DNA from: Eledone cirrhosa
Lineage: Eukaryota
NCBI GenBank assembly: GCA_964016885.1
Contig: OZ024753.1
Span: 18,724,001 to 18,788,000 of the forward strand
Direction: 5' to 3'
DNA length: 64,000 nt
Shown: in pieces, positions 55,871 to 64,000 of the stretch
Layout of the letters: each line of letters starts with the position of its first letter
How positions within the stretch are numbered: position 1 is the first letter of the stretch
Translations under genes and position numbers: made by a program
Notes under the pieces: model-generated
What the model was told of the DNA's origin: nothing
What the model saw: the letters and a program-made list of their open reading frames with translations, nothing else
Databases searched by the model: none

Positions 55871-56499
55871 ATATATATATATATATATATATGTGCGTGT
55901 GTGTGTGTGGTTCGGCGATATACAAATGCGTGAGCGCTCACGATATTTACATTGCATTCTCCTATTTAATATGAACACTTCATATACCGATTTAATATGC
56001 GATGACGTATATATAGTATAGGTAATATTTTCTCATTCACTCTGATTCCGGTTTGTAAAATGAATAACATTCTCGGAAGGTTGTTAAATTACATTTTATA
56101 ATCTATTAAGGTGAGAACTGCAGCACAAATTAATTGATAAATGTTGGTTTTTGAAGAAGATATTCACCTTGAACTAAATCCAGTCACACGATATTCCGTG
56201 ATAGCCACTTAATTAGCTTTCATAAAAAGAAATCTTTTTTTTTTTTGGTTTGTTTTAAACAGACTTCATAAAATGTGTTAGCTTATTTTCCATAATAATT
56301 AGTTTTACACCTTTGATAATTAATATTTATCTGTATAATTTATTTTTCTTTGTGTAGGAGGAATACGTATGTTTGTATCAACTCCATCAATACTATCTCG
56401 TCATAACAGTGATGTACTCCATTAAAGTATCTGTTACTACAGTCGTCTAATAAAGGGTAATGTATGGCTTAAACAATACACACACATATATATATATGT

Positions 56500-56838
56500 G
56501 AATTAATAAAAACAATGAAATAAACACAAAGGACGATCATCGTTTCTGAGGACGGCATGTATATGTGAAAGTATGTATATTTCCTCTGATAATTTGTAAT
56601 ATTTTTACATAGATCTATATCCCAGAAACGATCGCAAATGATGAATTTTTTTAATATAAAGAACTTGTTCTTTGTGTTTATTTCATTGTTTTAATTAATT
56701 TATCTTGTCTCTGTTTTCCTATGAATTTTATCGTAAATTTTTGAATGTATCTTCTCTTTTCATTATATCTTCTATATTTGGATTACATTGAGTTCTTCGT
56801 ACGGATTGGACACTACCGTATATTTCGGTTGACTTATC

Positions 56839-56845
<7 letters not shown>
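56500..56845 (+). mobile_element. Solo pLTR of the Naiad-2 family with HHR (56537-56644)
   Basis: tcatcgttt-CTGAGGA-cggc...ccca-GAAA-cgatcg-c-aaatgatga. The tail matches rc(14413-14480) and ends at the same tctacat(at)n. Confidence 0.75.
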
Positions 56846-56885
<40 letters not shown>

Positions 56886-56944
56886 CATTAAATTAACAAT
56901 GAAAATAAAAACAACTAAGTCAAGTTATTTTACCTATTTATATC

Positions 56945-57070
56945 ACTGTTTCACGATCGTTTCGGAGAGTTAATCATATTGACATATTGTCTGATTTATA
57001 GCAGTTATATAACTGTATAATATCAGGTCTCATATATAGGTTCGATGCGACCGTCTTCTTCGGAAACAAT
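56945..57070 (-). ncRNA. Hammerhead-like motif (CCGAAGA variant, GUG site)
   Basis: Reverse complement: attgttt-CCGAAGA-...-GAAA-cgatcg-TG-aaacagt. Confidence 0.5.
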
Positions 57071-57113
57071 CTACAGTACGGACCCTACTACCAAGGGTAG
57101 ACTACACTGAATA

Positions 57114-57203
57114 GGGGTCTGACGAGCGGCAGATTACAGAGTCAGGTCAGATCGATACAGATCGAACCTTGAGCTGGTCAGTGGCGAAACGCGCGTCACC
57201 ACC
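57114..57203 (+). ncRNA. Type I hammerhead
   Basis: gggt-CTGACGA-gc...gc-GAAA-cgcgcg-TC-acc. Confidence 0.65.
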
Positions 57204-58043
57204 CAATAAACGTAATGAAGGAGTAACCAATCATCCTTGTTATCTTACTTAACTATATATATATATATATATATAAACACACAGTGACGAGTATTGTATG
57301 TTAGTTGAGAGCTAGATCCGGTAGATTCCATACCTGTTTCCACTAACTAAGTAGAATATATTAATGTGAATAACATGCTTTCTCACTTCACACTTCTCAA
57401 TGTCGTTAGAACAGCCATTAAACATGATTCATGTGTGAATGTACAATTTAATTTAAAGTATTTTAAGGAGATCTGTTACTGATTCTGTGCAAGATTACGA
57501 ATTCTCGTTGGATTGCATCACACTATTGTAATACTAAATAGAAGTGTACAGCGATGTTGACACACAAGCGGCTCAGGAAATTGATTGGCACGATGCTTCG
57601 AAAAAGAGAGGCATCAACTCAGTTACTTTTGGTTTCCATTTATCATCTACATGACTACATAGCATAGAACGCTATAATGAGACTATAATACTCTTTCAGA
57701 GAGAATAGCACGCTTGACTAGAATTCAATAAAAAGTTCATTTCATGGCTGCTCTTATTTGTGTTCAATTTTAACGGGGGGGGGGGGGGGGGGTGACTTAT
57801 TTTTATCCTCCTGTGGTTCATAAGTAAAATTCTGTACTTCAATATGGTTTGAGAATGATAATGTGTTCAACAATTAGAAATTATATATGTACAGGTTACA
57901 TAATTCTAACAGTGAATAAGCAAGACATTTTAAAATGTGTAGGTAAATACATTTTAATGAAGCATTATTGGATTAGCTTCGTTCACAAGTATAGCGTTTA
58001 GATATATAAACATAGCATATTTAGTGACGTTAAATGAAATATA

Positions 58044-58083
<40 letters not shown>

Positions 58084-58849
58084 TTGTCCGGGTTAAAGAA
58101 AATAAGGAAATTTTATTCAAAACTTGAAATATTTTCTGAACACCGATTCTCATTATTGATTCTAATATTATTGATATAAGAAGTTCTGAGATCAACAACA
58201 ATAATAAATTTGGAATATAAAACGCCAAAAGGTAAATTACAATAAAAATTCGGTAACATTTTAAAAAAGCTATTCGATTTTTGTTGGAAAATTATTTTCC
58301 TCTGTTTGTTGGTGTGCTATTAATTAATCTCCTCTCTGACTAGGCTGGAAATGATTTCCCTTCGGAAAAAAGAAGGAGATGAGATGGTGTACCCTCGGAC
58401 GTTTCCCCTCATATGGAGTTTTCTTTTAAAAAAATAGTGGAATTCCCTAACCCTCCTCCGTGACTAGGTCTTTCTCTGTCCTACACCGTCTTGTTTCTGT
58501 GCGTTCGTTCTCGAACCAACCAACAGAAAATGTATAATAAATTAAGTGAAAACCAACATATGCTTGAGTTTTATTGGTAGCATGACTCTCCCAAAGTATA
58601 ACAATATCTGTTTCAACACATATTTTCAGATAAAAAAAATATATATGTATGTATGTATATATATATATATGTATACATGATATATGTAGATATATCTACT
58701 ATCCAAATTCTTACTTCATCCCGCTACTCCCATTAAAGTAATATGTAATTCTTGTATCGTCATACTACATACACTTCACCACAATACCTATTTTTAAACC
58801 CCTATGCTTTACGTGATTTTATACGTTTCTACTCACTATTTTCTTTAAT

Positions 58850-59340
58850 CATCTGCTAATGTGGGTTGAGTCTACACATTAGGAGGGCTTCCTTAATTCT
58901 TCAATTTCCCACATTTCTCTTGTGGCTTCAATGTTGATTGTCATATTTTTGTTGGTGTTTCTGCATTTTTCAATGTATTTTTTTAATGAGGATGCGCGTG
59001 TGTGGAGGTGATTTTTAATGGAATAACATAGATAACGAGAACACTCCGATAAAATGATTTCTTCTCCCTGCTGGAGCTCTCGCTTAGAATAACAGAAGAA
59101 GGGGCTATATGCAATATAGAACTTGCATTTCCTGCTTTCAATCCGGTATACCATATGTTTCCGCTGGCCCATACCTGTTTCGTGTATATGTTATCTAGTC
59201 AGCGCCCCTCGTTGCTGTCTCTGGACTGCTTTTTACATATGTAAACACGTAGTGAAGGGTCGGAGTGTGCTAAATATATGTCCACTCCCACTTTACGGAT
59301 GGCTCTGCGGATAGTTATGGTTATGCTTTCACTGAAGTGT
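58850..59340 (-). pseudogene. Decayed PLE GIY-YIG fragment
   Basis: RKHMVYRIESRKCKFYI...SSLKKYIEKC...EIEELRKP; PLE-3-like tail at 58560-58630. Confidence 0.45.
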
Positions 59341-59380
59341 GGTACTTTCATAAATAGTGAAGTTTTCTCGAGTTATTAAT

Positions 59381-59712
59381 ATTATTCAGAATATTAATAA
59401 ATGACGACATTCACATAATCAAAACATATGTTTTATTGTATGTATTTCGACGGTACTGTGCTGTTTTTTCAGTACGTCCTCGTCAGATAAAATACATTAA
59501 TTTGATATATGACATACCTCAACAGTCTTGATGGTTCAATTGACTGCCAATACTGGAATTGAAACATAAAGTCCCTTGAGGTATGTCATACATCAATCCA
59601 TGTATTTTATATGACGAGGACGTGGTGAAAAAACAACACAGTACCTTTGAAATATATATAATAAAAAATATTTTGATTATGTGAATGTCTTCATTTATTA
59701 ATATTCTGAATA

Positions 59713-59714
<2 letters not shown>
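59381..59714. repeat. ~160-bp-arm imperfect hairpin
   Basis: attattcagaatattaataaatga... / ...tcatttattaatattctgaataat, with a ~15-nt loop near 59550. Confidence 0.88.
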
Positions 59715-59763
<49 letters not shown>

Positions 59764-60026
59764 AGAATATTTTCGAAACAACGAGTTGATTTGAAATTAT
59801 TAGAAATGTTAGCTATCGCTGTATTTTGACTAAAGATATTAAAGAAATTATTTAGCCTGATAGTGGGGTTAAGAACCCTCGGAGAAATGGAAAAAGATGA
59901 GTATTGACGTATGCAGCCTCGACAGATGAATACTGCTTGATTATGGCTGACAGCTGATGCAACCAAGACACCATAGTAAAAACCAATATATGGAACATTA
60001 TATTATGTAACATTATTTTAATTTAT

Positions 60027-60160
60027 ATTCCTTTGAGTTCCGATGAGCCACTCTGTATTTTTAATTATGTTAATTATTTTCAACTGAACCAGATCAATTA
60101 TGATATATAGTCATCTGATCCAGAAATATTATATGGAGTAGCGAAACAATTGTAAAGGGA
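60027..60160 (+). ncRNA. Hammerhead-like motif (CCGATGA variant, long stem II)
   Basis: CCGATGA-gc-cactc...gagta-gc-GAAA-caattg-TA-aaggg. Confidence 0.5.
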
Positions 60161-60167
60161 CATTATT

Positions 60168-60275
60168 ACCGCCGAGGTTAACTTTGCCTTTCATCCTTAC
60201 GGAGTCGATAAAATAAAGTACCAGTAATACACTGGATAATTGCTGGCCTTGTGCCAAAAGTAGAAACAATTATTT
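60168..60275 (+). mobile_element. Octopus-type SINE 3' fragment
   Basis: Reverse complement of 37125-37230. Confidence 0.7.
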
Positions 60276-60609
60276 TTTATATTATTATTATTATTATTCA
60301 CTACATTCCTTACATCAAACTAAAATATTTTGACAATCTTTTAATAATGTCTTCCTTGTGAAGTTTGTGGTCTTGTTTTGCTTAGCTAATGAATATTTCC
60401 AGCTCTGCGCACCTAACCTCTGCATGAACCCAGCCACCTAGCTGCTTTCTACTGCATATGGCACATGCCTTTACGGTTTGGCTTCTAACTAACTCACCAA
60501 TATTTCCTCTCATATCTCCTCTACTATCTGCATCCCTCTCTTTAAGATTGGTTACTATTGAACTGTGTATATATATATATAGATATATATATGTATAGAT
60601 ATAGATACA

Positions 60610-60827
<218 letters not shown>

Positions 60828-61013
60828 CAAATAACGAAACGAAATTAAATTTCGTTTCGTTTGTAACTCACTTTTGTATGACTGAATCGTCTCCGCTGAA
60901 CCGGTGCGTACTCACACTCTATGCAAATTAGTCCGCCCACTACTAATTTTCATAGAAAAAGCATATAACGATATGTGCTTTTACGATTCTCCAGAAAGGC
61001 CGGTAGATAGGTA

Positions 61014-61058
61014 AATATTGCTGATGAGTTGTAACAACAACGAAACTAGTTCAATATT
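61014..61058 (+). ncRNA. Canonical minimal type I hammerhead ribozyme
   Basis: aatattg-CTGATGA-gttg taacaa caac-GAAA-ctag-TT-caatatt; all core bases and stems are intact. Confidence 0.9.
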
Positions 61059-61274
61059 CCTTGTCTGGCTTTCTGGAGAATAGAGGAAAGGTGTTTCCTC
61101 GAAAACCAGTATGACTCTAAAAACCGGTTTGTCTGTGTGTTTACATACAGAATAGCTGGGTTACTCACAGTAAAGTAACCAGTGAAAGACTTGTTACATC
61201 TACATATGTATACGTGTGTGTATTCATATGCATACTAGTATTTCAGTATGCATATGTAGATGTACATTTTTAAC

Positions 61275-61353
<79 letters not shown>

Positions 61354-61379
61354 ACTATATATATATATATATATATATT

Positions 61380-62215
61380 GTTATGCTTTGGGAGGGTTAT
61401 GTTGCCAATAAGAAACACACGCAGCAGATGCTTTCACTTCTTCACATCAATTTATTATAAATTAAATTTATAAATTTAAGAATTTATAAATTTCCGGTTG
61501 GTTGGTTGGTTCCACAGCCACACGATTGTTCATATATTGTCACACATTATGTGACTTCTTCAGTGACTGGGGATTCTTTTCTTTGTTTTTGTGCCTCTCC
61601 TTTCTTATGTCCTACGCCATCTTGTTTTTGTGTGTGTTGTGTGCTTAGTTTGCACATGTGTTACATCCGGGTGTCTGTGTGTGTTTATATTTGTTAAATT
61701 ATTTGTTTATTTACATGTTACTGGTTGGTTGTTTGTTCTATGTGTGTGTGTTTTTCATTTTGTCCTTAATTGTAAGTTGAGGTGTTGCTATTCCATTCAT
61801 GTTTTCTATTTAATTTTGATTGGAGTACATTTATGTTTATTGCCTCTGTGATTTGTCTAAACATTGCGTCTTTTCTTTGTGTAGATTCTATTTTTATTTC
61901 TATTTTCTCTAATTTACCTTTATGTTCTATTTTATCATGTTGGTAGAGTACAGTAGTTGATTCTTTACTAAATAAATACATAGCAAGCACAATAACAACA
62001 CACACATATAAACACACATTAGTGAACTAAGATAGAATACATTAACCAATACACAGTCACCCAAACAAGAACACACGTCAAACAAAACATTATACGCAAA
62101 CGCATGCGCAGAGAAGACAAAAATAAAACAAATAAATAAATAAATAAACAGACTAAAGAAAGAGGGCGTAAGCATACAATGCAACGGGAGGAAACATAAT
62201 AGCAACACAATACAT
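61380..62215. mobile_element. PLE-3-related 3' fragments in inverted arrangement
   Basis: Minus strand IEIKIES...FRQITEA...LNRKHEW (61780-61950) with a degenerate HHR at ~61520-61568. Plus strand 61970-62215 resembles 27880-28110. Confidence 0.65.
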
Positions 62216-62217
62216 AT

Positions 62218-62907
62218 CTATACAGATATATACAGATGTATATACATATATATATACATATGTATATACATATGTATATACATATATATATATATACATA
62301 TGTATATACATATATATATATATATACATATGTATATACATATATATATATACATATATATATATATACATATGTATATACATATATATATACATATATA
62401 TATATATGTATATATATACATATGTATATACATATATATATAGATATATATATATATGTATATATACATATGTATATACATATATATACATATATATATA
62501 TATATATGTATATACATATATATATACATATGTATATACATATATATATACATATATATATATATGTATATATATATATACATAGGCATATACATATATA
62601 TATACATATATATATATATACATATATATATACATATATATATACATATATATATATGTATATATATATATACATATGTATATACATATATATATACATA
62701 TATATATATGTATATATATATATGCATATGTATATACATATATATATACATATATATATATGTATATATATATATATACATATGTATATAGATATATATA
62801 TACATATATATATAACTGTATATATATATACATATGTATATACATATATATATACATATATATATATGTATATATATATATACATATGTATATACATATA
62901 TATATAC

Positions 62908-62940
<33 letters not shown>

Positions 62941-63153
62941 TATGTATATATTATATACATTAAATTTTGCTCTGAGACTGACATAGAGCACTCTTCATCT
63001 CTATGACCTTTTCTGTTTCTAACTGAAATTTCAATACATATATATATATGTATATATATATATACATATGTATATACATATGTATATACATATGTATATA
63101 CATATATATATATACATATATATATATATGTATATATATACATATGTATATAC

Positions 63154-63184
<31 letters not shown>

Positions 63185-63600
63185 CATATGTATATACATA
63201 TACATATATATATAAATACATATGTATATACATATGTATATACATATATATACATATGTATATACATATATATACATACATATGTATATACATATATATA
63301 TATACATATGTATATACATATATATATATACATATGTATATACATATATATATACATACATATGTATATACATATATATACATATGTATATACATATATA
63401 TCTACATATGTATATATATATATATATCTACATATGTATATACATATATATATATACATATGTATATACATATATATATATACATATATATATATATACA
63501 TATCTACATATGTATATACATATATATATATATACATATCTACATATGTATATACATATATATATATATACATATGTATATATATACATATATATATACA
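62218..63600. repeat. tatatacatatg-type microsatellite
   Basis: Seen directly in the sequence; ~75-bp unique island at 62960-63035. Confidence 0.9.
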
Positions 63601-63935
63601 TATAATATGTTGAGAAGGTAACACACCAGAGAGTGATATATAGTGCGTTATCAATAATACAGGGAAAAAACCACCAGTGTATGGAATCTATAACCTATGA
63701 AAGGCAGACTATAGACACGATAATTAAAAATATAAATTAAAGCGTAAATAAATACCTCTATACATGTTATATAGTTATAGAGGTATTTATTTACGCTTTA
63801 ATTTATATTTTTAATTATCGTGTCTATAGTCTGCCTTTCATAGGTTATAGATTCCATACACTGGTGGTTTTTCCCTGTATTATTGATAACGCACTATATA
63901 TCTCTCTCTGGTGTGTTAGCTTCGCAACATATTAT
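63601..63935. repeat. ~160-bp-arm near-perfect palindrome
   Basis: tataatatgttg...tacctctata / tatagaggta...caacatattata; three transversions and one indel. Confidence 0.92.
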
Positions 63936-64000
63936 ATTTTAAAGGGCGAGGATCTCTTCCCCTTTGAGCACATTATTTACAGGGAATAACCACGGCATAT

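Overview
AT-rich, microsatellite-saturated eukaryotic (animal) DNA. The tRNA-derived SINEs resemble those of octopus/cephalopods, which is an inference. There is no confidently identifiable host gene, and almost all ORFs in the track are (TA)n/(CA)n artefacts. The window is a landing zone for Penelope-like retroelements (PLEs: RT + GIY-YIG) inserted into (TA)n arrays. It holds a near-intact Naiad-clade element (3652-14087), a second Naiad (14413-21184), a non-Naiad PLE lineage (26828-28411, 32480-34155) and several fossils. Most show the same head-to-head (5'-inverted) architecture, and about 20 hammerhead ribozyme (HHR) motifs of several variants are present. The most unusual signal is a gapless 188-bp hairpin inside the 3' UTR of the second Naiad (16502-16882). 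Of 35 arm differences, 33 are G.U wobbles on the element's sense strand and none are wobbles on the other strand. This points to either fossilised A-to-I hyper-editing or a selected hpRNA-like structure carried by a retroelement. Five other unrelated long hairpins/palindromes (four of ~330-360 nt, one of ~720 nt) abut TA tracts. The window also contains RTE-derived bipartite non-autonomous elements, tRNA-SINEs, a mariner fossil, a MITE and several mini/satellites.
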